Source: Felis catus (Eukaryota). Taken from it: a stretch of DNA of 64,000 nucleotides. The stretch covers positions 22,198,001 to 22,262,000 of the forward strand of contig NC_058368.1 of assembly GCF_018350175.1 (NCBI RefSeq). Direction: 5' to 3'. The position numbers and the translations under genes were made by a program. This document shows positions 22,110-33,862 of the stretch, piece by piece. The notes below the pieces were generated by a model that was not told the origin of the DNA, did no database searches, and was given only the letters and a program-made list of their open reading frames with translations. The stretch's first letter is position 1, and every line of letters starts with the position of its first letter.

Positions 22110-23112
22110 TTAGAATGGCTAAAATAAAAAGTGCTGACAAACCAAATATTGACAAGGATGCAGATAGCTGGCTATCTCATACATTGTTGGGAGGAATATA
22201 AAATGGCACAGACACTTTGGAACAGTTTGACAGTTTCTTATAAATATATGCTTGTCTTGTCACCCAGCAATCATACTCCTGGGTATTTATGCTAGAAAAA
22301 TGAAAACTTAGGTTCACACAAAACTCCGTATATGAGTGTTCATAGAAAGCTTTATTTGTAATAGTCAAAAACTGGAAAAAAGCCAAACAACCTTCAGTGA
22401 ATGAATAGACAACAAACTAGAGAACATCCTTGCCGTGGAATACTACTCAATAAAAAGGAAGGATACATGCATCAACTTGGATGGATCTCCAGGACGTTGT
22501 GTTGAGTGAAAAGAAAAAAAAAAAACAGTCTTAAAGTGTTATGTACTGTATGATTATATATTTTTTTTAATTTTTTTTTCAACGTTTATTTATTTTTGGG
22601 ACAGAGAAAGACAGAGCATGAACGGGGGAGGGGCAGAGAGAGAGGGAGACACAGAATCAGAAACAGGCTCCAGGCTCTGAGCCATCAGCCCAGAGCCTGA
22701 CGCGGGGCTCGAACTCCCGGACCGCGAGATCGTGACCTGGCTGAAGTCGGACGCTTAACCGACTGTGCCACCCAGGCGCCCCTACTGTATGATTATATTT
22801 ATATACCATTCTCAAAGTGTGGTGATGGAGAACAGATCAGTGGTTGCCAAGTGTTATGGTTGGGAGAAGGGTACCACTAAGAGGTAACACAAGGTTGGGC
22901 ACTGACTGGCACCGAAAATAGTGTGTTAAAAACTAGTGAAATCCAAGTAGGGTATATACCTGAATTAATAGTATTGTACCAATGTCAGTTCCCTGGTTTT
23001 CCCAATGTGCTATGATAATATATTATCATTGCAGAAGCTTAGAGAAAGGCACATAGGAACTCTATTATTTCTGCAACTTGTTTGAGTTTTAAACTCTTTC
23101 AAAATAAAAAAA
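22110..23112 (+). mobile_element. Old LINE-1 3' fragment interrupted by a SINE
   Basis: cccagcaatcatactcctgggtattta, gaaagctttatttgtaatag, tactgtatgatt; ends caaaataaaaaa. Confidence 0.8.
22561..22782 (-). mobile_element. Very young SINEC_Fc-like CanSINE
   Basis: CpG-rich, near-identical to copies at 43498 and 63826; TSD tactgtatgattatat. Confidence 0.95.
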
Positions 23113-23124
23113 TATAGCATCTGT

Positions 23125-23322
23125 ATCATATATATGTATATATGTGATTATATATTAAATATATATTAAATATATTAATTAAATATATAATATATTTAAC
23201 ATTTTAATATATTTAATATAATAATATATTTAATATACATTAAATATATAGTGTATATATACATATATATGTATATATACATATATACATTATATTTATA
23301 TATATATATATATATATATATA
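23125..23322. repeat. AT-rich low-complexity / (TA)n tract
   Basis: Direct reading. Confidence 0.9.
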
Positions 23323-24739
23323 ATCCTTAATCTCTACAAGTCAAATCTACCCTTTGAACAACCATTAGCTTTGTCGCTCATGTCCTTCTCTTTGGATTTC
23401 TGTTTTCATTTCATTTTTAGTCTCATAGTATTTCAGAGTAATACTCTGAGTAAATACTCTGATTATTTCCTTTACTTTCTTGCTAGTTCAGCCATATTTT
23501 ATTTAGCATTTTTTAGTACTTTGTCACAAATTTTTTTGGGCTATCTTATCTACAATATTACTGGAAATAATGGTTCTGCTGCAAAGGAGAATAAGGACTA
23601 AAAAGGAGTACAAGACAAATGCTACCTCAGTGCTAAGAAATGGGACAAGCTCAGTTCAGGTGAGCACAACAAAACCCAGCTTAATCAATAAAATGGTTTT
23701 AAAATCAATAAATAATTCTTTATATCAAGTGGAAAGAGCATGGACTTTGATGTCAGACAGATAAACTATATTCACACTCTAACCACCCAAGTTATTTACT
23801 AGCTAATTTATGAGTTAGCCGAGACTAAGTTAGCTGTGGGTAACAAATAACCACCAAATCTCAGTGGCTTGCCACAACAAAGGTTTCTTTCTGGCTCACA
23901 TATGCTGCAGCTCTGCTCCTGTGGATTGGCTCTGGGATCTAGGCTAAAGGAGCAGCCTTTGGATATTCTTTTTTCCTGGCAGAAGGAAAAGAGATGGCAG
24001 AACTACATGATGACTCTTAGAGCAAGTCTCATGTCAAGCCAGACTCCAGTGAGATGGGATGTGTAATCCTGTTTCAGGGACATGCTGAAAAGGCAGGTAC
24101 AGCAAATACCCTGACAGTAATGCAATATTGGTGAATTAAACTTACTAATCATAGATCCTTTGCCTGTCACTTCATGTCTTGTCAGTAAAAAGAACTCCCA
24201 TATCCCCCTTTCCCAGAATCTGCAGTTTTCAACCTTTTATCACATTTGTACCATTTTTTTGTTACTCTGTTACATTTGCACACCTCCCCCACCCCATTCT
24301 TTTTCTGAATCACTTGAGAGTAGGTCACAGACGACTTGCCCAATCCCCTCTTGAAAACTTCAGTATGCATTTCTACAAAACAAGGACAGTCTAACACATG
24401 CTAATTCAGCAGTCCAAAACAGGAAATCAGCACTGATCGAACACTACTGTGCAATCCACAGACCCTATTCAAAATTTGAAAAGTGTTTCAACGTGTCATT
24501 TCTATTCTGGTATAGCATCCCATTCAGATTCACTGAGTTTTGCCCTTCATTATTTTCCTTCAACCTGGGACATTTCCTCAGTCACTACTAAAGTCATTTT
24601 GCCTTCTGTAATTGATCAGTATTTTGTGAAGAGAAATTCCCCAAACTATGCTAACATCCTATACCAATCAAACCTCTACATGCCAACTGTAGCATTTATT
24701 GGTGAATCCCACATGAATTAATCACCATTTAAAAAAAAA

Positions 24740-24939
24740 TTTTTTAAATGTTTATTTTTGAGACAGAGAAAGAGAGCGAACGGGGGAGGGTCAGAGAGAG
24801 GGAGACACAGAATCTGAAGCAGGCTCCAGGCTCTGAGCTGTCAGCACAGAGCTCAATGCGGGGCTCAAACTCATGGACTGTGAGATCATGACCTGAGCCG
24901 AAGTCAGATGCTTAACTGACTGAGCTACCCAGGTGCCCC
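24740..24939 (-). mobile_element. CanSINE inside an old L1 fragment
   Basis: Reverse-complement head/body; degenerate TSD aattaatcaccattt / aattaactaccattt. Confidence 0.92.
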
Positions 24940-25496
24940 AATTAACTACCATTTTAATGGCTGTCCAGTTGTGATTTCTTATTTCCATAATTCTTCCTAC
25001 ATATAGTAGTTGTCATTCTAAAATAAGGAAGAGCTTTTCCCTCTTCCTTATTCATTCATTCATTCATTCATTCATTCATATCTATATGGACTTACGATTC
25101 CCATTTTGTTCAATGGGCTGTAATCTGCTATTTATTTTGGTGCTCAAATTGTCCCATATTTGATGAAATCCTCAAGTTGTGTCTTTTATCCTTTTGATAC
25201 ACCCTCATCGATCATTGAGCACTTCTTTACATTCTAGTACAACAAGATGCTCCAGACTCATCTTCTACATTCTCCACACCAGACTTAGAGTCAACCATTT
25301 CCCCAAGGAGCCCTGGTTCCTTTTAGTGTTTAAAAACTAAGATCTAGGCAGTAAGTGTGCTCACTGCTACTACTATGTTATAACTACTAGACTCTCTGAG
25401 AAGATAGATCTAGAAAATATATTAGTATCTATATACATATATACATATACTCATGTATCTCCTTCAGCAGCTGTCTCTTTTAAGAGTTCACAATGA

Positions 25497-25666
25497 GGGG
25501 CGCCTGGATGGCTCAGGTCCTGATCTCGTGGTTTGTGGGTTTGGGTCGAGCCCCACATGGGGCTCCGTGCTGACAGAGCCTGGAGCCTGCTTTGGATTCT
25601 GGGTCTCCCTCTCTCTCTGCCTACTAACACTCTGTCTCTCAAAAATAAGTAAGTGTTTTAAAAAAG
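25497..25666 (+). mobile_element. Internally deleted CanSINE
   Basis: Head joined directly to gctcaggtc; A-rich tail. Confidence 0.85.
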
Positions 25667-26983
25667 CATTGACCCCTTCAATTCCGGTCTAGCACGCCAG
25701 GGTTATTTCTAGCCTCTCCCTTTGCCGTATTTGTAAATCTCTTCTTGAACAGCAAGAAACCTCATTCCCATTATCCTCAATATAGTTTCTTCTCTTTCAC
25801 TTTCCTTCTCCCCCACCCCAATTCCTGTAATCTAATTTCCTTAGCACATTGATGGCTTCCTTGGCTTCCCCACCCATGCTGCTGCTGCTGCTGCTGTCAC
25901 AGCCCCTTTGGCCTCTAAGGGAAGGGAGGAGAGGGGAGGGGAGGTAATGGGAGGCTATAAAATAGTTTTGAGTGAATTATTCAGAGAGGGAAGAAAGAAG
26001 GAAGACATGAAGGGAGCGAGGGATGTACAGTGGTAATAGGTTTATCACAAATTTTCTTGAAGTCTAAATGGTCCCAAATAGCACAGTGCCTGGCAAAGCA
26101 TAAATGCTCAATATCATTATTGTCCTTCCCTTCTTTGTCTTCCATTTGTTTATTCTCTATAGAAAACCCAAAACTTCTCCTTTTATTCTAGGTCCTATTG
26201 GTTGGGAATACTAGTCCCAGCAGTGTGTTTATTTGAACAGAAACTTCTCACAACAAAACAAGCAGAGGTGGCATGGAGCCCATCATAAAGACGTGGCATC
26301 GATACTGGACTTGTTCCTATGCTGGTGTGTGGCAGAGACCACATACCTGGTTAGTAGAGAAAGTGTACCTCCCACTCAGTCTTGCTCTCTTACATGGAAG
26401 GCACATCATGACCAGTGACTGTCTTCTGCAAGCCTGGAGATTAGGTGGCCACAAGACTGATAGGGACTGCTGGTGGCCAGTGCACCCTTGTGGACAGTAT
26501 TGGCCCTAATTTGGTCATTTTAAGCAAGGATGTAACCATAAACACCACCCTGCGTCCAGAAATTAAGGTTTCCTAAACAATTCTCAGAAGGCAGTTCCTG
26601 GCAGCACTTAAACCCCAAGAAAGCAAAGAGAAGCCTGAAACAAAATCCAGATGCCTTTCACAGAACATTCGCTTTGTTATGGAGGGCAGTGCTGCCAAAG
26701 AGAAATGACCTCTCAGGCTTACCATACATTGTCCCAAACGGTGTCCTCAGAAAAGTAAACGTAGTGCCACATAGATTAATGTGCTACAAAGTAAGAATGT
26801 CCAGGAACCTTGGGAATGTCTGTGCTCCCATGAGATGGAAAGGATCAGCAAGCCCACTTCCCGTATTGTCTGTCCTGAGGCACTCTGCCAGAAGGCCATC
26901 CAACAGGTGCCTGGGCATCACGGCTCATATCTCAGCAACTTTTGGGTCCTCATTTGTGTGGCACCCTCTGGAATGGTTTGTAT

Positions 26984-27140
26984 CTTCCTTCCTTCCTTCC
27001 TTCCTTCCTTCCTTCCTTCCTTCCTTCCTTCCTTTCTTCCTTCCTTCCTTCCCTCCTCCCTCCCTTCCTCCCTTCCTTCCTTCCTTCCTTCCTTCCTTCC
27101 TTCCTTCCTTCCTTCCTTCCTTCCTTCCCTCCTCCCTTCC
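26984..27140. repeat. (TTCC)n/(GGAA)n microsatellite, ~155 bp
   Basis: Direct reading. Confidence 0.97.
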
Positions 27141-27225
27141 TTTTATTTTTGAGAGACAGAGAACTGTGAGTTCATGACCTGAGCGGAAGTCAGATGCTCA
27201 ACCGACTGAACCACCCAGGTGCCCC
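27141..27225 (-). mobile_element. Internally deleted CanSINE whose tail is the GGAA tract
   Basis: tttatttttgagagacagaga joined to catgacctgagcggaagtcag...ccacccaggtgcccc. Confidence 0.85.
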
Positions 27226-27649
27226 TGGTTTGAGTATTTCTAAATCAGCATCCTTGAAGAAGTCCTGTAATTAGACATGTTAGAAATCAACAGAAGAGAC
27301 TAGAGGGACATAAAGGGAGGGAATAGAGAGGGAGTTGATAGAATATCTACTATGCATCAGACACCTTATGTAACAAATAATGATAACAGAAGAGTATCTT
27401 ACTGAGTATTTACTGTGTTCCGTTCTAGCCACTTTGCACATATTATTTACACCTTCCAACAAACTTGTGAAGTGGGTATCATTATTATTACCCCTACTTA
27501 GAGGAACGAAGACATTGAGTAACTTGCCCAAACACTATGGCTTGAAAGATGTGGGAGCAAGAAAAAAGTGTACGTTACTTTGTTTAATATAATTCTATGA
27601 TATAGATGTTTATCATCTCCATTTTACAGATGAGGAAACTAAGGCCCCT

Positions 27650-27860
27650 GGAGCACCAACATCAGTATCACTCAGGAGCTTGTTAGAAATGCAGTCTTGG
27701 GCCCCAGTTTAGATCTATGGAGCCAGAGGCTGTACAGAACCACTGGACAGGACCAGAGGGCTCCAGCAGGTCTTAAACTTGCACATGAGTAAAAGTCACC
27801 TGGAGACTATGTTAAAACCCTGATTCCAGGGGCCAGCCACTAAAGACTCTGAGTCTCTGG
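27650..27860. mobile_element. MER5-like hAT DNA transposon fragments
   Basis: catcagtatcactcaggagcttgttagaaatgcag and tcacctggagactatgttaaaa motifs (recall). Confidence 0.6.
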
Positions 27861-28018
27861 TATTTAGCAGTAGTATTTTGGCGCTCTATAGAATTGCTTC
27901 TACCAAGTACCAAGATGATGTGTTTGGTATCCCATCATCTGTCAACATTAGCTGATGTTAAAAATTAAGCAAAATGTTCAGACTAGTTAAGGAATAGGTA
28001 TCAATGTTTTATTTAGTT

Positions 28019-28160
28019 CAGGGGTTGGCATGCTTTCTGTAAAGGCCCAGAGAGTAAATATTTTAGGCTTTAGGGACCATTCAGTCTCTGTCATATATCA
28101 TGAAAGCAGCCATAAGCAATATGTAAATGAATGAGCGTGTAGATGTTTTCTAATACAACT
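28019..28160 (+). mobile_element. MER58A-like hAT MITE fragment
   Basis: caggggttggca...ttctgtaaaggcccagagagtaaatattttaggcttt. Confidence 0.7.
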
Positions 28161-28295
28161 CAATGAACACTTCCTTCATCTGGCTTATAACAGAGAATGT
28201 CCAGTGATATCAATGAGACCTAGTTCAGCATGCATTTGAGCATTGGAGCTTTAAATACTTGGAGAGGAAAGGACTCTAAGTAAAATAGCTGATAC

Positions 28296-28785
28296 TATAG
28301 GGGAGGAAAACAATTTTACTCTACCCTTCTAGATTCTTGGCTGAGAACTCTCCCATCTCCATAATAAAGACAGATTAACAAGATAAAACAAAAAATTTCA
28401 ATTACATATGTAAGGGAGCCCCTCAAAGATATGAGACTCAAAGCTGGCCAGGCAGTTGAGATTTACATACTGTTCTGAGCTAAGGAAAAGGATAGAGGTT
28501 TGGGGCTTCAAAGAGGAGGAAGACAATTCTCAGGAAGATGAGAAGAGTAAATTAAATGTTTGGTAAGCAAATGTTTTTCCTGCCACACATAAGTCTCTCA
28601 GATGAAAAAGCTTTCTCTGATAATGGCTCTCTTCCTGGTATGGGCGCCCTTTCTAATATTTTTAGGCAGTTAAGAAGGAGATAAAAAGCTTTTCCTGAGA
28701 CTACCAGGCTTTGATTATCTTCAGCTCAAAATAATCCACATGCCAAAGTAGCATATTTTGGGGTGGCTTATTCTGAACCTCCTCA
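28296..28785 (-). mobile_element. ERV1 solo LTR (MER34/MER39-like) with 4-bp TSD ATAC
   Basis: Minus strand begins TGAGGAGGTTCAGAATAAGCCACCCCAAAATATG; ATAC at 28292-28295 and 28786-28789. Confidence 0.8.
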
Positions 28786-29589
28786 ATACAATATTCCCGG
28801 TTAACTTTCTTCAGCTGAATCATAACACCTTTTCCACTGGGCTAGAAAATCCTAATCCTTTATCAGGTTCTTCAAGGTAACTTCTCACCTGCAGGGCTAT
28901 AAATTGCCACTGCTTCTATCTAGTATGTTACAAATTAAAAAAAAAAAAAACTTGACAAGTAATCCTCATTTTATCATTTTCCAGGTGTGCCGTAATTTTT
29001 CTCATTGGCAGTAGAAGAAAAAGCCCTGTGAAGTTCAGTACTGTTTGCTGTAAAGATTATCGTTGAAGACACAGTTTTCTAGCTTATAGGATGTTACCTT
29101 GGAGTACCCACAGGGTAAATTCTTCTGTCTGCACTAAGTCATGTAACCTCCCCAATCAGACACCGGGAATGAGTTTCGTGTCCTCGCTCTCTCTGGTATA
29201 ATCTTATTTTATCTACACTCATTTGTACTTACTTCCTACTTTCCCCATTAACTTAATTTTTATCTTATTTTTGGCATTTTTGTAAATTGCCCTATGTTCT
29301 TTTTGGAATACAAATTTATTTAAATAAAGAGGATGTTCAAATTTGAGGATTCCTTAGTTTCATGTGCCTTGAGAAGGAAGAGGAAATGAAGCTGATATTT
29401 GCATGCTCAGAAAAATACATATGATGTCCTTTATAGCAACTTAAATGTAATACACTCATATTTACATCATCACTTATATGACAAAGGTTGTATGTTCTTA
29501 GTTCACATATCCATCACACATGCCTCACCTAAAGGGATCTAAATAATCTGGACAGTTACTCTGCAGTGTTTCTTTTTTGTTTTGTTTTT

Positions 29590-29807
29590 CAAACTTATTT
29601 TATTAAAAATTGTTAACGTTTATTTATTATTGAGAGACAGAGAGAGACAGAGCATGAGCATGGGAGGGGGAGACACAGAATCTGAAGCAGGCTCCAGGCT
29701 CCGAGCTGTCAGCACAGAGCCCGATGTGGGGCTCGAACTCACCAACCGCGAGATCATGACCTGAGCCGAAGTCGGATGCTTAACTGACTGAGCCAACCAG
29801 GCGCCCC
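29590..29807 (-). mobile_element. CanSINE
   Basis: Reverse-complement consensus. Confidence 0.92.
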
Positions 29808-30184
29808 ACAAAATTCTTACTTTATTAGGTTGAAATAAGCTGAAAACTTTATTTTCCTCACAAAAAAGCAATATTTTCTGTATTATTCCTAGATAAACCA
29901 CAAAACTTATTTTTGCAGTAACACCAGTTTTCCCGGTTATGTATATAAATCAACATGAGGCAATAGATATAGTCATGAAAAAAGAAAAAGAAAATAGGGA
30001 AAACCAGACAAATCAATTATTAGTGTCTGTAGACTCGGGTCCTGTCTTCTGTGCAAAATAGTGCTTACCGTACATCTGCTAAAAAGCTGATGGCCCGGTT
30101 AGGCCATGGGCACAACAAGAGGATGCAAGCAGCAGCAGCAGCAGCAAGCGTGGGGCAACAACGGCCCATTCTTCCCTTTTTCCC

Positions 30185-30369
30185 TTTTTTTTTTTAAATT
30201 TACTTAGAGAGCAGGAGAGGGGCAGCACAAGAGGGACAGAGACAATCTCAAGCAGGCTCTGCACTGTCAGCACAGAGCCCAACACAGGACTTGATTCCAC
30301 AATCGTGAGATATGACCTGAGATGAAATCAAGAGTCAGATGCTTCACTGACTCAGCCACCCAGGCGCCC
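30185..30369 (-). mobile_element. CanSINE (older subfamily)
   Basis: Reverse-complement consensus; degenerate TSD ggc(c/t)cattctt. Confidence 0.88.
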
Positions 30370-32891
30370 TGGCTCATTCTTCTATTTAATGGTAAAAGTA
30401 ACATTTATTTACATCCCCTTGATAAACACTAAATCTACACAGAAATCCTCTGTAGGTGAGTGCTCGGTTTCTCACTCTCTATTAACCGCCATTACAGATT
30501 TTTAATAATACACTTGAAACACACTGTACTTAAGTCAGACGCTTTGTTGCATTTCATAAATTATTTTCCTCCTCCTTTATCCTCTGTGTCCTCAACATCT
30601 TTTTCTTCCAAGAACTGATAACTCAAATGCTGGTCATTAGATCACTGTCCCAAATGGCTTCAACCCCTCCCACAGGAGTGCCTCCCACAGGAATCACATA
30701 CAAATGAAACTCTGCATTTTTAATACTATCTTCTTGGAGAACACAGAGCATGCATAAGTTCAGACCATGGCCATTTAAGAGATGAGTGGTCAGTGACTAG
30801 CAGGTGAGTGGGAGGCCTGTAGGCAAATTTCCCTTCAATGATTAAGTGGCCTGGATGCATCTTACAGCTTTACCTGCTAATAACTGATACGGGGCATCCT
30901 AAAGCATTCTCTGAGATATTTTCAGTGCTTTCCAAATTAGCTTTAGGAAGCTCTGACACATTTATATATATATATGTCTATCATGAAATCCAGGTCATGT
31001 TTTGCATTGAGTTATAATTCCCAAACCTGCAAGATTTGACCTCTGTTCATTCCGTGTTTGGGGTATGTTTTGTGATGCTTACATCCATTCTCCTCCGTCT
31101 TCATCCTGGGAAGACTCCATAGGACTTTAAGCGAACACAAACATTAGGAAAAATACATAAATATCAGGCAGATATAGAGCATCCTAAATTGTAGACAGAA
31201 GCTCTTTATCTTTCTCTCTGCACTTGAGCCTCTGACGGTGAAGGTCTGCAGAGAGTAAGTCACCCTCTACATGTTGGCCTGGTGCTTCTCTGACATGTTG
31301 AGGTGAAGATCCCACATCTTCAGGTAAGGGCTTTGAGATGCTGACCCGGCAGTCTATCTTGAGTTACCGGATAATCTCTTCTTCCATGAGAACACTGAGT
31401 GTTTAGAATAACCTCAAAGGTTAGGAAATTCTACATTAAGTTGGCAAGTCCTGCAGAACTTTCCAGAAAGTTTCACTTGAATTTCATGTTTAGTGGCCAA
31501 ATTTGTGGCTTCCTCAAGTGAAAAATCATAATAAAATTCACTATTTTCCATCACTTCATTTGTGAATGTGACACTGTAGTCAAGCTGCTGGCTGCCGTGA
31601 AGATGCCAGGCATTTGTTGCTGGATTTTTTCCCTCAAGGGCTCTTGTTAAGATAGGACATTTTTAAGAATGACAAATGAAACCAATGAAATAGGAATCTG
31701 TTAATATACTACAGATGCTTGACCTGCCATCAAACTATTCCATCTAGCATGTGCCATTCTTTATACCGTCTATATATAAAACAAAGGCTTGCAAGAGCTC
31801 CATTTAAATTTCAAAAGCATCACATCTGCCCACCTATTGAGGAAGGCCCATTTCCTTCTGTTATTGTAACTTTCTTCACTTCTCTGAAAAAAGGCAGACA
31901 CTATATTGTCAAATCCTAAAAGCAGTTGCAGTGACCCTTCGAAAAAAGAACAGTCTTCCTCAGCTGTTCTCAATGCAACAGACGCCCCACAGTAAGCCCT
32001 GACTTTCCAAGAAGAGTGGAATGTGTTGGTACCCTGGGAATATTCTCTAAAAGCCTGGTGCACAAGACTTTAATTTTACCAACTCACTGGACACAACGCG
32101 TACCTGGCCACATCACTACTCCATAATCAGGCCTCACCTTGTGTGTATGGAGGACACCACACCTTTTGGACAGAGGGAAAGACTGATTCTAACAAGCGAA
32201 AGGTAGTAGGATATGAACTGAGGACAATAAGGCTAGTTCACGCTGACTAAAGATTACCACATGCCTGACAGTGTGCAAACGAAGCACACTACATTCTATT
32301 ATTATATATTATATATACATTGTAATAATTATATAATTAAACATTCTATTATAATACTGCAATGCACCAAGTTTTTAAGAAACCAGTCTCTGTCCTCGCC
32401 CCAAATGTAAAGTAGCCTCCAGACACACAAAGGAACTGTTGTCAAGCCCCAGGCAATGTGCTAGGCATTTTACATATATTTAAATACTACTTCATTATCC
32501 TCTATGGTCTCAGTTATCACACAAAGTTACATTTCTTCAGAATGAGAATCTCCCTTATTGTGAATTCATTGGTCACTTGACTGTTTTACTTCATTCAATC
32601 CCTTTTGCAGAAAGGGAAAATAAATAAAGCCTTACAAAATTGTCTGTGTCTGTACATACACAGACACAGGAACAGGTTATATATACATTAAACTTCTTGC
32701 ATACTGGCAAATGTTACTATTATACGTGTAGAAACTGTCAGGAGGGACCGTGTTCAAACATCTAACACGCTGCTCCCATGTCCCCTTGAAGACTTGTACA
32801 AGGGACTCTAGGTTCCCAGGAGGTGCTGTGCAATAGCTTCTTTGAACACTTCTTCAGAAGTGGAAATGTCTCATACAGAAAAGGAAGGAAT

Positions 32892-32970
32892 GGGGCACCT
32901 GGGTGGTTCACGGTTTGTGGGTTCAGGCCCTGCATCAGGCTCTGGGCCAACAGTATGGAGCCTGCTTGGG

Positions 32971-33007
<37 letters not shown>

Positions 33008-33040
33008 ATAAATGAATACACTTTAAAAAATTTTTTTAAA
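32892..33040 (+). mobile_element. Internally deleted CanSINE
   Basis: TSD aaaagg(a/g)aggaatg; (CT)n. Confidence 0.88.
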
Positions 33041-33589
33041 AAGGGAGGAATGTCTCTGTGGGTAACACTAATGTGATACTCTGCAGCCCCATCTGATGTA
33101 AGGGATTTTGTTACCCTGTGAGCTAAACCTGGGTTAGTGTTGATGACACATGTACACATTTCAAACAAAAAATGCCATTAAAAGGGTGATTGATTTGGAC
33201 ACCATCATTACATGGATTTCTCTTTCTAGTGTGTTCTGTCATACGCTAAATCCAGGCTGTCATATACACTTAGCATCTTAGTAAATATTTCCTGAGTGAG
33301 TAAATGAAACACAAACCCTAACAAGGCTGATGCCTCACCTAACAAAAGCACTGTGGCTTGCAGACAGCAGAGAGGGTTCGAGAGAAACTGGCAGGGACAC
33401 CAGCACGTGTAGGGTGCCAGGAGTGGCCCTGGGGAACAGCCTCCAGGGAGGGTCGAGGAGTGAAAACCACACTCTGCAATGATCCCTGACCCAGCCACCC
33501 TGGGTCTTTGTAGGACTCCCCTCTCTTGTTACAGTCAATTGTCAATACACAAGGACACTCTTTGCTGGGATAGAGAACAATTTTAGATC

Positions 33590-33771
33590 TTAGAACAACT
33601 TTTCATATTTTTTTACCACAACCCACAGTAAAAACACATTTTATTTTCTGAACCAGGAATGACACCAGCCACTATATGATTGAAACAAGTTTCACAAGAT
33701 GATAATTACCTTTACTACAAGTGATGGCCTGATTCCTCTATTCTCTTCTTGCCCCACTACTTCCTACAAAA

Positions 33772-33802
<31 letters not shown>

Positions 33803-33862
33803 GTGACACAGTCCAGCGATTTCACAGTCTAGTGATGGGTGAGACCAGCATTTCAAAAACAA
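33590..33862. mobile_element. Probable hAT-Charlie-type DNA transposon remnant
   Basis: Recalled motifs acaacccacagtaa...gaaacaagtttcacaa...tttcaaaaac; family uncertain. Confidence 0.45.

Noticed and set aside
26674..27177. 167-, 123- and 75-aa ORFs with PSFL repeats
   Set aside because: Open only because the (TTCC)n microsatellite has no stop codons
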